Source of the DNA: Chlorokybus atmophyticus
Lineage: Eukaryota; Plantae; Mesostigma and Chlorokybus algae
Direction: 5' to 3'
NCBI GenBank assembly: GCA_009103225.1
Contig: RHPI01002069.1
Coordinates: forward strand, 1,946,846-2,010,845
Length of the DNA stretch: 64,000 nt
The notes under the pieces are model-generated. The model ran no database searches, had not been told where the DNA came from, and saw only the letters and a program-made list of their open reading frames with translations. Positions 1-11,430 of this stretch are shown here, piece after piece; the first letter of the stretch is position 1; each line of letters begins with the position of its first letter. Made by a program: the position numbers and the translations under genes.

Positions 1-2495
1 CAGCCGCAGCAACGAGGAGCATCTTCAGCACATTGAAGCGGTGCTGGAACGACTCAAGGGAGTGGGGATGACCGTACACCCCGACAAGTGTACCTTCTTC
101 ACCCACAAGGTGCCGTACTTAGGGCACATGATTGTGCCCGATGGTGTGTATGTGTAGCAGGCAAAAGTAGAGGCTCTGGCAGCTATCCCTGCCCCGACAG
201 ACCTCACACGTCTGCGCGCTTTCTTGGGACTTGCCAACTACTATCACCGGTTCGTGAAGGACTTCGCGAAGATCGCAAGGCCCCTCAACGAGCTACTGAA
301 GAAGGAGGTGGAGTTCACATGGAAGGAGCCGCAACGCAGCAGGCCTTCGAGGAGCTGAAGAGCAGGCTCACCACCGCTCCCATCCTTCAACGTCCGGACT
401 ACGCCAAGCTTTTCATCCTTCACACAGACTGGAGCGAGCTGGGGATGGGAGCGGTGCTGGTGCAGCACGATGAGAACAAAAAGGAGCGGGTGGTGTCATA
501 CGCCAGCCGAAGCAACAACAGCGCCAAGGCCAACTACAGCAGCTACGAGGGGGAGTGCCTCGCTGCAGTGTGGGCCATCTCCTTCTTCCGACCTTTCCTC
601 TTGGGTCGGCAGTTCCAACTGATCACCGATCATCAGCCCCTCAAGTGGCTGATGACCGACCAACATCTGACAGGGAAACTTGCTCGATGGGCCCTGCTGT
701 TGCAGGAGTACGACTTCGAGATCGACCACCGCGCTGGCCTCACCAACCAAAACGCCGATGGCCTCAGTCGCAACCCTCACCTCAGCAACAACGAGGCAAC
801 TGGAGCTCGGCATGAGCTCGTCCCTGCAGCAACAACCCCCACCATGGCAGCCATGTTTGCTGCTGCCGCGTTGCGCTCAGGGCGCAAGACCAACACCACG
901 GCCTCAGCAGTGGCAGAGGAGATTCCTGCCCTTGAGCCTACCGGCCCTGCGGCAACCACACCCTTGGGAGACGCCCACACAGCCGATATTGAAGTCGATG
1001 ACACAGAGCTGGCGCCCACTGACACCAGGCAGGACATATGGCGGGACAAGCCATCACTCTCCTTCCTTCAAAGTGGCCAGCTTCCCTCCGGCATGAGTGC
1101 CCGAGAGAAGGACCGTGTCAACCAACGCACCCGTAACTATCGATGGGCAGGTGACAAGATGTATCGCCGTTTCCATGACGAAGACAAGGAAGTGCCGACA
1201 CCAGTCACGCGCGAGGGCATTATCACTTCCCTCCACACTGAGCTTGGACACTTCGGTTTCAAGCGTACAGTCAGCCTAGTGAGGGCACAATATTGGTGGT
1301 ATGGGTTAACAAAACAGGTGCAGGGGTTCGTCAGCCACTGCCAACAGTGTGACATGGTGCGCGCCAGCCTCAACACGCGTAGCGCCACCTTGCACCCACT
1401 CCCCATCTCCGGTCTCTTTTACCAATGGGGGCTCGACATCTTGGGGGACTTGGCACCCTCAGCGCGTGGCAACCGTTACATCCTGGTCATGATCAAGCAC
1501 TTCTCTAAATGGGTGGAGCTGGTACCATTACCCGACAAGAGCAGCAGGGGGGTGTCTCAAGCCTTCCTCTCTCACGTTCTTAGCCGATTTGGCAGCTGCG
1601 CCGAGGTCATCACTGACCAAGGTACTGAGTTCAGAGGGGAATTCGACACCCTCTTAGACAAGTGTTACATCGACCACCGCCGTACCTCGCGTGATCACCC
1701 TCAAGCCGACGGTCTCGCCGAGCGTAAAGTGCAGACCATCAAGAAGGCACTCTGCAAGTACGTGCTGGAGTACGAGACGAACACTTGAGATGACCACCTC
1801 CCGTGGGTGGCCCTCGGATATCGATTGTCAAAGCAGGCGGCTCTGCGTAAGTACAGCCCGTACTACCTGCTGTTCGGGCGACCACCATTGCTCCCCTTCC
1901 GTGCGCAGCAGGAGGTGGATCGCGTCGTGAACAACCTCGACAACTCTGACTGGATGCACCACGACATCACCACGCGCGCTGCGCTTTTCGAGCGCACCGT
2001 CCTCATGGCCTTCAACAACCTGCGCATTGCGCAGCATTGCGACACGCTGCGCTACGAGCGCGTACGCAGCGGCTTCTACAAGGAGCGCCAACGGCGGTTC
2101 AAAGCTGGGGACTTTGCCTATCGCATGGCAGCCACCAAAGACACGCTTGACACCTCCGTAGGCCGCACCGTCTACAAGGTACTCAAAGTGTACCCCACAG
2201 GGGTGCTTGACCTCCTTGGTCAAAACGGAGAGAGGTTGAGGACAACATGGTGAACTGTGTGCCGTGTCACCTTCCTTACGTAGCCGGCTTCGGGCGTATC
2301 CAGCACCCTCGTCCCGCGCGCAGCACACGCTGTGAACGCTGCGGCAGCGCCGGCGACGATGAACTCATGATGCTCTGCGATGGCTGCAACAAGGGCCTGC
2401 ATTGCTACTGCCTGGAGCCACCTTTGAACGCGATACCCATGGAGGAGTATTGGTGCGACGATTGCCGTACCAACGGCCCTCCTCACTTGCGTTAG
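1..2495 (+). mobile_element. Decayed Ty3/gypsy pol: RT C-terminus, RNase H, integrase, C-terminal PHD finger (5' part outside window)
   Basis: RT thumb (EEHLQH..KVPYLGH..FLGLANYY), RNase H (LHTDWS..YEGECLAAVWA..F.LITDHQPL), integrase HHCC (HTELGH..CQQC) and core (GLDILG..ITDQGTEF..GLAER) in RT-RH-INT order. Lesions: TAG at 155-157, frameshift near 335, TGA at 1786-1788, frameshift near 2240. Confidence 0.95.
2331..2465 (+). other. PHD finger (C4HC3) appended to the integrase
   Basis: CERC-GSAGDDELMML-CDGC-NKGL-H-CY-C-LEPPLNAIPMEEYW-CDDC; all eight Zn ligands present. Confidence 0.93.
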
Positions 2496-2532
2496 CAGCT
2501 GAGCTCTGGAGCTGGAACCTCCCCTAGAGCCC

Positions 2533-2546
2533 AGGGGGGGGTGGCT
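2533..2546 (+). promoter_or_regulatory. Polypurine tract of the PHD element
   Basis: A plus G-run (then GTGGCT) between the pol stop and the TGTT LTR start. Confidence 0.7.
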
Positions 2547-3358
2547 TGTTGATAGTGTGTCCTACAGCACAGCATATACACTAGAGAGAACACCGACTCC
2601 ACCTGCCCGTACTCCCTGGCAGCAGCAGACCAGCTACACAAAGCACTTGTCACCATGAGGGTTGGGTTATCTTTTGCTTTTGCCGCGCGTTACAAAGGTG
2701 GCGCAGTAGCATGGCTAGCAAGCATGTCTGTCCTTGCAGCGGTCCGAGACAGCGTGACCCTCGACTCCCCTCGACCCGACAGCTGTCATGCCTATCACCC
2801 TGGCATGCCAGTCTTCATCGGGCATGCCTACAGCGAGACCCTCACCCGGCTTACCAGCATGGCAACCCGCGCGCGTCACTGACCAGTAGCTAGGTCATAT
2901 CTCTAGAGTAGCTCATGACCATAGCCTACATAGGCACCGCGTAGCTGTTCAGTTGTGAGTTCAGTTATAAGTTGGGTTCTGTATTGAGTGGGGTTTTCTT
3001 GTGGAAATAGCCTCGATATGACCGTTAGTTTATGTTCTGGACAGTTTATGAGTTGACTTGTATAAGTAGGCACAGTGTTCACCGGATCAGCTGGTGACAC
3101 TGTGAGTGAGAAAGCTAAGAGCTTGTGAAGCGACTTGAACTACGAAACACGCCGTCCCGGTTCTCAAGAATTCCCTCACCGTGTGAGAGCCTGTGCATGC
3201 TCGTGTGCACTATGCTTGTCCTTGTCGTGAGCTTGGTGTACTTGGTTGCGGTGTGCTTGTTGGCATCAGTCAGGGCATAGCATCCACGTGTTGCTTGCTC
3301 ATTCACCTCACTTAACAGTGTAATCTCTCTGCCACTCATGCAAAGAACTGTTTAAACA
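2547..3358 (+). repeat. Probable 3' LTR of the PHD element
   Basis: Follows the PPT, starts TGTT and ends AACA (4-bp terminal inverted repeat). The right boundary is unverified because the 5' LTR is outside the window. Confidence 0.6.
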
Positions 3359-3373
3359 GCGCTATCTATAGTT

Positions 3374-3614
3374 GTGGCTTGTTGACTGTGTGTCCTACAG
3401 CACAGCATGTACACTAGGGAGAACACCGACTTCACCTGCCCGTACTACCCGGCAGCAGCAGACCAGCTGCACAAAGCACTTGTCACCATGAGGGTTGGGT
3501 TATCTTTTGCTTTTGCCGCGCGTTACAAAGGTGGCGCAGTAGCATGGCTAGCAAGCATGTCTGTCCCTGCAGCGGTCCGAGACAGCGTGACCCTCGACTC
3601 CCCTCGACCCGACA
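3374..3614 (+). repeat. Second, partial copy of the LTR 5' end
   Basis: Direct repeat of 2541-2781 (offset 833 bp) with about nine substitutions. Confidence 0.95.
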
Positions 3615-4228
3615 AAGACAAACAAGCACACATGTAAAAGGGGCCCAGAGCGGTGCTACATCAATACCATATTAGACTTAACCGTAGAGGGTAGGGCAGG
3701 GCAGTGCGCAGCAAAGGTGTACATGATATATATCATATAAGTGTATGTATGGGTGTATACATAGTGTATATAGTGTATACATAACAGTGTAATATAATAA
3801 ATAATAATAATAATGCGTAATAATGTAAAATATGTATCATATAGCACCATTTATGCACGGGATGCTTGTACTTAATGCATTGAGCGGGACTTTGCAGTCG
3901 GGCCCATTGTGATCTGTCGTAATTTGATACAGCACAGTGTTAACGTTGCATACTACCGACCATATCTGCAGCCGCCTTCTGCGACACAATACAGTTCCCC
4001 CCTTGGAATAACGTTACCCCACGTATAGAGTTCCCTCCTGCTCATTCAAAGGGAGGATCTATATAAAAAGGGGGGAGCTTTGATGGGGTGAATACGGTAT
4101 CCCTTGTATCATGATTATTCAATAAAAGGAATACACGTATGTTGTGCACATGAAAATTTACATTGTGTATCCGCCACACTGTAATGATGCGCGTGCTCAT
4201 ATGCACAGCACACAAGTCATACAACACG

Positions 4229-4531
4229 TGTAAGCACAGTCTTCACACCGGAACCTTGCCTTCCTCCGCGTTCGCACGCACGCGTCGAGCGCACACACGC
4301 ACACGAACACTACTACTTTTTCTCAAGCCTACGTTAGCAGCGCCGCCATGCGGCTGATATCGACATGAGACTCATGTCGATATCAGTGTTACAGATAAGT
4401 AACACTATATTAAGGCCTTAACATAGGTTAACGGCCTTAATATGGCTTAATAGGCTGTATAATCCCGTTGGGACCCTTATTTAATCCTAAATAAGGGCGG
4501 GGAACCTCTATGGAGGTAGCGCACCATTACA
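4229..4531 (-). repeat. 3' LTR of the chromovirus
   Basis: 4332-4531 is homologous to 10901-11109. TTACA at 4527-4531 abuts the PPT. The left end TGTAAG at 4229 is tentative. Confidence 0.75.
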
Positions 4532-4541
4532 TTCCCCCCCA
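4532..4541 (-). promoter_or_regulatory. Polypurine tract of the chromovirus
   Basis: Minus strand reads GGGGGGGAA directly before the LTR start TGTAAT. Confidence 0.85.
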
Positions 4542-4653
4542 CATAGGTTTCAATGGCTTCATTGAAGGGTTAGCAAAGCCCCACCACGAGTAAAGGAACG
4601 AAAGTAGTAAGAGGATCAGGGCCGAAGCGGTAAAGATGTCTGCCAACACCCTT

Positions 4654-7350
4654 TTACCATCCGCGTGTGGACACAATACTCCAGTACCCCCGAAGAATCT
4701 CTTGGCAGTTGGTAAGATTCCTTTCGGGCTCCCATGTATTGTGCTCAACACCATACCCTTTCCATTTCACCAAGTAAGACGGCGCGCGTCCGCGTTGAGG
4801 CTTACGATGACTCAGGATTGCTTCCACCTCGTACTCGAAAGTATCGTCGCCATCCACTGCAACGGGGGGTGGAGGAGGTTGAACCCGACCGTCAGAACGG
4901 TACGGTTTCAGTACATCCACATGAATCACATTGTGAATGCGTATCGATTTTGGCAAGTCCAATCCATATGCGTGAGTGCCGACCCAATCAGTCACTTTAA
5001 ACGGGCCTATCCAGCGAGGGAAAAACTCGCGGGTACTCACTCCCTTGATGGATATGTTTTTGGTAATGAGAAGCACCGAACAGCCCACATCGTAGTTGGC
5101 CTCTCTACAAAGCGCATCAGCATGGGCTTTTTGTCTGTCTTGCGCCGCGCGCAGACAGTCCTTTGCCAACGCTAACCTATCATGCATGGCCGAAGCCATG
5201 TCGCGCGCTGCAGGTACGCAAGTTATGTCGGCAGCGGGCAACTTAATGTTTGCAGGACTTAGTGGATGCACTCCATAATATTAAAAAAAAACGGAGTTTC
5301 CTGCACACTCTCTTGCCATGCATTGTTACTCGCGAACTCAGCCATTTGGATTCCCAATCAGATTGGGTCGGACTCACATAATGCCGGATGGTTTCCTCAA
5401 TCACTTGATTGGCGTGCTTTGTCTGACCATCTGTCTGTGAATGGTAAGCTGTGCTCATGTTCTGTTAAATATGTAACAAGCTGTATAGCGACCACCAGAA
5501 CTGAGCTACAAAACGCGGATCGCGATCAGACACGCAGTTACAAGGCATGCCATGTAACTTAAACACAGAGGCAACAACCATCGCTAACTCATGGGAGCCT
5601 ATTTCCGTGCGGCAAGGGACAATGTGAACCATTTTTGTTAAACGGTCCACAAAAACTACAACTGCAGTGTGCCCTAATGCTGTCTCCGGGAGCTCAGTAA
5701 TTAGGTCCATACTCATACTTTCCCACTTGCCATCAGGAACAGGCAAAGGTCGCAGCAACCAAGCGGGTTTTTGACGTAACGGCTTGTCACGCTGACATTT
5801 GTCACACGTGTCAACATAATGCTTCACGTCAACAGGCAACGACGGCCACCAGTACAACTGTTGCGCTGCCTTAGTAGTCTTGCGACCCCCAAAGTGCCCA
5901 GCATACGGTGGATCGTGTACTTCAGCTATGCATTTCATGCGCAACCCAGCATGGTCAGGTATCACCAAGCTGGCGCCCATATAATACAAGTTTTCTCTTT
6001 TGTCAAGCTTTTGCACATTCTCTTGTATAGAGAACCATGGGTCTAATGCATACCCCTGAAAATCAGCTTGCACAAACTCATCATCGAGAGGCAATGTACC
6101 CTGCGTTGGCAGCAACTGCGCACGCACAAGTGCCAACAATGACGGACAGCGACTCAGAGGATCTGCCACGTTGGTCCTGCCCGGCCGGTATACCCATTGA
6201 AAGGTAAACCGCGACAGGAACTCATTCCAACGAGCTTGCCTACGCGACAAGTTTAGCTGTATTGAGAAGTACACCAACGGGTTGTGATCAGTCACCACTT
6301 TGAATTGAACTGCCTCCAAGTAACATCGCCATGTTTCAAGAGCATGCACTATACCAAGCAATTCCTGCTCAGTGGTAGTGTAGTTCACCTCTGCTGGGAT
6401 AAATTTCCTACTCTCATAAGCACATGGTCGGCCATCCTGTAGCAATACTGCACCACACCCAAGGGTGAAGGCATCGCTAATCACAGTGAAGTGTTTATCC
6501 CATTGGCAATGCCAATACAGGTGCCGAAGTCAAAGCCAGCTTCACTTGTTGCATAGCAGCTTTTTGTGCTGCTGTCCAAGAGAATGGGGAATCCTTTCGC
6601 AACAATTTTGTCGAAGGCACCACCACTATAGAGTACCCCATTATAAATTTGCAAAAGTAGTTTGCCAACCCCAAGAATGATCGCAACTGATGGATATTCT
6701 TAAGTTGAGGCCAATCTTTTACCACTTGCACTTTGCGAGGGTCAGGTTTGACACCCGCACCACTCACAATATGCCCTAAGAATGGCAACTCCAACTTGCA
6801 AAAGTCACACTTTGACAAGTTGGCAAACAAGCAATGTGCTCGTAGTAAAGCAAACACCGCTTCCAGGTGCCTTTTGTGCTCTTCTTTTGTTTTACTGAAG
6901 ACAATAATGTCATCCAAGTAAACCATAACATGCTTGCCCAGCATATTACCAAAGATTTTATTCATTTGCTTTTTAAACACCGCAGGTGCATTTGTCAGTC
7001 CAAAAGGTAACACTTTGTACTGATAATGACCTGAAGGTGTTTTGAATGCTGTCTTGTAAACATCAGAAGGGTGAATACGGATTTGATGATAACCGCTTGT
7101 CAAGTCTAGCGTATTAAGATACGCATTCCCCGACAGCTTATCAAACACATCATCAATCCATGGTAACGGGTATCAATTCTTTACCGTGATCTTGTTCAAA
7201 GCACGATAATCTACACACATGCGCAATTTCCCATTTTCATCACAAACAAAATGGGTGCGCCAAAGGGTGAAGAATTTGATTCAATCAATCCCTTCTTCAA
7301 CAACTCCTTGATTTGAGTTTCCATTTCCCCTCTCTCATTGGGGCTGAGCC
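4654..7350 (-). pseudogene. Chromovirus pol: RT, RNase H, integrase, chromodomain
   Basis: RT YLDD (VMVYLDDIIVFS), RNase H (ISDA..EQELLGIV..VVTDH), integrase HHCC (HDPPYAGH..CDKC), chromodomain YEVEAILSHR..YLVKWKGYGVEHNTWEP; split over ORFs 6495-7148, 5465-6484, 5243-5458 and 4654-5271. Confidence 0.95.
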
Positions 7351-9960
7351 TATATATAGGCCGGAACGGAGGTTCACTATCAGGAAGTAATGGTATTGTG
7401 TGTCCGACACCTCGATCAGGCGGTAAGCCTGGCAACTCATTTGAGAATATGTCCTGATGTTTCTCAAAAATGTCTGCAACACCTTCCGTATGGCCTGGCA
7501 CAAAGTCATCATACGACGTTAAGTGCACAAGGAAAACCGGTGTGTTTTTACGCAACGCACGCTTCACTTGCAGTGCGGCGAGAAGCGCGGGGTCAGATTG
7601 CTTATGTACCAAGCTATGGGACCCTCTCACAGACAGCGTCACTCGCTTACGACCCTTTTTCACTGTGCACAATCGTGCACCAGTATCCAATGTCATATTG
7701 ACACTTTCCTGCCATTCCTGTCCAAGTACCACAACAACACCAGTTATGTTGATGGACACCACTATGCAGGTGAGGTTGGCATGATAACTACCAATCTTTA
7801 CCGTCATTTTTACTTCTCCTTTCACTGACAACGTACCCCCAGCACCGGCACCTGAAAATGCTGAGGGTTTACACGCTACTTTATTGCGCACAACCCATTG
7901 TTCCTCAATAAAGTTGTGTGTTGCACTAGTGTCAATCAAGAACGAACAAGTTATCCCCTGCATTGTGCCACTGAATGTCCACAACACAGGTACAACCCGT
8001 CCTTGAAAAGTAGCCAAGAGTCCGTTACTAATGCGAGGGTTGAGTAAAATTCCTGACAATCGCACTGTCCCTGTTTCACGCTTGCTAAACTGCTTCAACA
8101 CAGTTCCCCCTCGAGTGTGTTTCAACCATGGGCCATAATATTTAAGCACCATCACTACCACACTTAAGGTTCTGTGCTTACTTTGCAACTCAGTCAAAGT
8201 GTGCAACACATCGGTAAGCATGTTAAACTCCACATGTACCAACACACAAGCATTCTCTTCCACCTTTTCAATATCAAAAAGTGGCAACCTGCTACGTGCT
8301 TGCCATGCATGCGTAATGACATGCACTTGGGACAGCTCATCAAACCAGTTTGCTACTAGTACAAGCAACTGGTTATCAACCACTCCTACATCAGTCACGG
8401 CGTAATCATATTCAACCTTCTTGGCCTTGCCCTTCCCCTTGGTTGGGCAGTTGTTTACGATGTGGCCAGGCTGATGACAGACGTAACAGGTGCGAGCAGC
8501 AGCAGGCATGGCACCACCAGCAGGTGCGCCACTGGTAGAAGCACCAAATGTCTCAGCCTTCTTTGCCAGATGTGCACTCGGATGAGAGAAACGCTTTCCT
8601 CCCACCCCCGACGGCTTGGCCAAAACTGCCACATGTGACTTGTCCTGCACCGCCGTGTCATCATTGTACACGCTCAGCTTCTGCAGCTTGGCCAAGTCCT
8701 CTGGAACCCAAAGAAGTCCCGTTGCCGTGTTGTACAGCAGCTGATCACGCACACGCGCATCCAAGCCGCGCTTGTACAACTCAAACTGCTCGGCCTTGTC
8801 CATGGGCATGAGGCCGCTGTTTGCACGACCCACCAATGCCTGAAACTCCTGCAAAGAGGCTGAGGCGGCCCAACCATTCTGGCGCAACTTGCTGAGCTTG
8901 TTGCGAGCTCGAGCTGCCGAGTCCATGCTACCATAGCGCTCCATCAGGAACTGGAAAAGTGCCTCCACTGTCTTGGCAGCACCATCTTCTGTCTGCCTCG
9001 CCCATTTGGCGAGAGCATCAGATGGCATGAGCAACGCAGCAACAGCAATGTGCTCATTAACCAGGCGCTTGAGTGCCGTCAAGTAGTGCTCGACAGCGAC
9101 CACCCAGTCTTGAATGCTGACGCTTCATTAGGCTTGAACTTCTCAGGCTTGTTCAGCGCTGTCACCGGCAGACCTGCTGATGCCCCAGCTGCTGAAGTAG
9201 CACCCGCCACCTGTTGGTGCAGCGCCACCAACTCAGACTGCATGTTATCGAGGCGTGCCGTCAACTGCACCCGGCCAGTCAACTTGGCTTCCAAGTTAGG
9301 TCCCAAGTACCAGAACACATCCTTGCAACGCTGTGAGGTTTCCACTCCCAAGTTGGCCAAAGCCTCAAACGCCATTCGCTTGCCTTGGTAACGAAGAGGC
9401 TTATCATATACGGTCATGATAGCAGCCACCTTTGGATCACCTCGCACGAGTGGCGAGATGTTGTTCGTCAGCTCATGCTCGAGCAAGGAGATCACCATCT
9501 CCTTGCTTGCACGAGGGAGTGTGGCAAAGTCTGTCTCATAGCCATCACGAACCGTCTGCGCCCATGCATCCCACGTTTTCTGACGAAGCTGAGGGTGGGC
9601 AGCAAGCAGAGCTTTACGCTCTGGGGCATAATTCTCAATGGCCCCGCCAATGACACTCTGTGTGTCCACTGCAGCTGGTCCACTGTGAAAAGACTGGTTG
9701 GGAGAAGCTTCGCTGTCTTGCTTAGCTCCTTCCTTCTCAATGTCAGTAAGTTTATAGCTTTCACTCGTCTCCGAGTCCTTAACTTCCTCATCACTAGATG
9801 GCTCATATGATGTGGACTTCTCTACATCATCCCCTCCTTGGTCAGACCTCTGCCCAAGAATACAAGCCGTCAATAGTAGAAGTGTGCAAGTGCACAAAAC
9901 ACACAAGTTGTGCACTGTAAAAGTGTCAAAATCTATAAATTTTGTCTCGTCAAGTTTCAA
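7211..9960 (-). pseudogene. Chromovirus gag-protease with long Gag N-terminal region
   Basis: KPEKF..(frameshift near 9100)..VAVEHYL capsid-like region, CCHC knuckle CYVCHQPGHIVNNC, and protease FLIDTSATHNFI (DTG mutated to DTS). Confidence 0.88.
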
Positions 9961-10759
9961 GTGCTTAACGTGGAGTATTCAGCTCAAACAAGAGCTCTCC
10001 ACACACCTTTCAACTAGACACTCACTTTGAAACAAAACGCACGCGAATCCACACGGCGGTTCACAAGTTACAACTTGTCAAAGTTTTCACTTTGTACAAC
10101 TCAGCTCAACCCACAATTGTAATTGACACACATGGTGCCAAACTCTTGTTGAATCAACCCTACAGGCTGATATCAGCGAGTTGTGAGTTGTGAGTTTGAT
10201 ATCGGCCGCACAGAGTGACTCTGGCGGCCTCACTGCACTAATTGGCGGTCGGAACAGCCGATGTTGCCACCGGACTGCCCCGAAAGGATCTGTTTTGTGA
10301 TAATTAACACCCCCACGAATCCACGTGGTGGCTATGCAATCCTTTCACACCACCACGAATCCACATGGTGGCTATGCCACAAGCACACACAAGTGTCAAT
10401 AGTAATGTGATTACTATGTGGTGTGCTGGGCATGCAATGCTTGGGGGATGGGCTGCCTGAGTGGCCGCCTCCCCTTCATGCAAGCTAACAAGCCTGGCTA
10501 GGCAAGGCAGGGCAAGGCAAGCAAATTAGGCTAAGCTAGGCAAAGCACCAGCAGCAACTATATCTACTATAACAACAACAACAACTACAACAACAACAAC
10601 TAGCTAACAACCGCCACTACCCACCCTAGTGGGTAGCGGCTGCTAGTTGCCGCCGCCGCTGCAGTCGCTGCCGCCTGCCGCCACTGGTCAGTGCTGCCGC
10701 CTGCCGCCGCAGTCGCTGCCGCCTGCCGCCGCCCCTTCCACATGCCCCTCGCCGCCCGC

Positions 10760-10771
10760 GCTCCGATACCA
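10760..10771 (-). promoter_or_regulatory. Primer binding site, initiator Met-tRNA type
   Basis: Minus strand TGGTATCGGAGC, 1 nt after the LTR end; one G:U wobble versus the canonical TGGTATCAGAGC. Confidence 0.9.
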
Positions 10772-10772
10772 A

Positions 10773-11109
10773 TGTAAGGGGGGAGTGCTCCCTCCTCCCT
10801 TTAATCCCCTACCCCAACACCGCCACCAGCCACGCCGCCGCTACCGCCGCCGCCAGGGCAACTGCCCAAGCAGAAGCTCCCCTGGCTATGGCGGCCGCTG
10901 CGTTAGCAGCGCCGCCATGCGGCTGATATCGACACGAGACTCATGTCTCGTGTCGATATCATGTTACAGATAAGTAACACTACACTAGGGCCTTAACATA
11001 GGTTAACGGCCCAAATATGGCTTAATAGGCTGTATAATCCCGTTGGAATCCTTATGAAACCTTAAAAAAAGGGCGGGGAACCTCTATGGAGGTAGCACAC
11101 ACCGTTACA
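10773..11109 (-). repeat. 5' LTR of the chromovirus
   Basis: TGTAAG..GTTACA termini, adjacent to the PBS, with 209 bp homologous to the 3' LTR. Confidence 0.88.
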
Positions 11110-11430
11110 TCAGGCAACGTTTATTTGTTACTAGAGGTTTGTGTTAAATGAAGCGCAGCTTATTCAATTGAGTTGAGTCAATTGAGCTCAAAGTTGCTTG
11201 ATATCAAATGCTATCACAACATGTGCGTTCATATCAAATAGTATGAGAGTGCTGTGTTTTGTTAGTTACCCCATTATGACTCTGCTCATAACAAAGAAAT
11301 AGAGTTACTTTGGGCAGATTTTTAATTAAAATGAACAAGTTTAAAATAATCAATAAAAGACGATATATTATCATATTGGTTAGTTCAGCCCAATTCATAC
11401 TACGTGGAATGTAATAACATTGCTGTCATA

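Larger units (their letters stand above)
4229..11109 (-). mobile_element. Decayed Ty3/gypsy chromovirus (LTR-PBS-gag-PR-RT-RH-INT-chromodomain-PPT-LTR)
   Basis: All domains in canonical order on the minus strand, with a Met-tRNA PBS, PPT and LTRs ending TGTAA..TTACA. Many frameshifts; no target-site duplication. Confidence 0.93.

Noticed and set aside
11103-11114. 12-bp CGTTACATCAGG repeated at 13070-13081, a possible TSD or direct terminal repeat of copy A
   Set aside because: Half of it is the LTR terminus, and the second copy lies inside sequence shared with copy B, so it does not flank an insertion. Probably chance.
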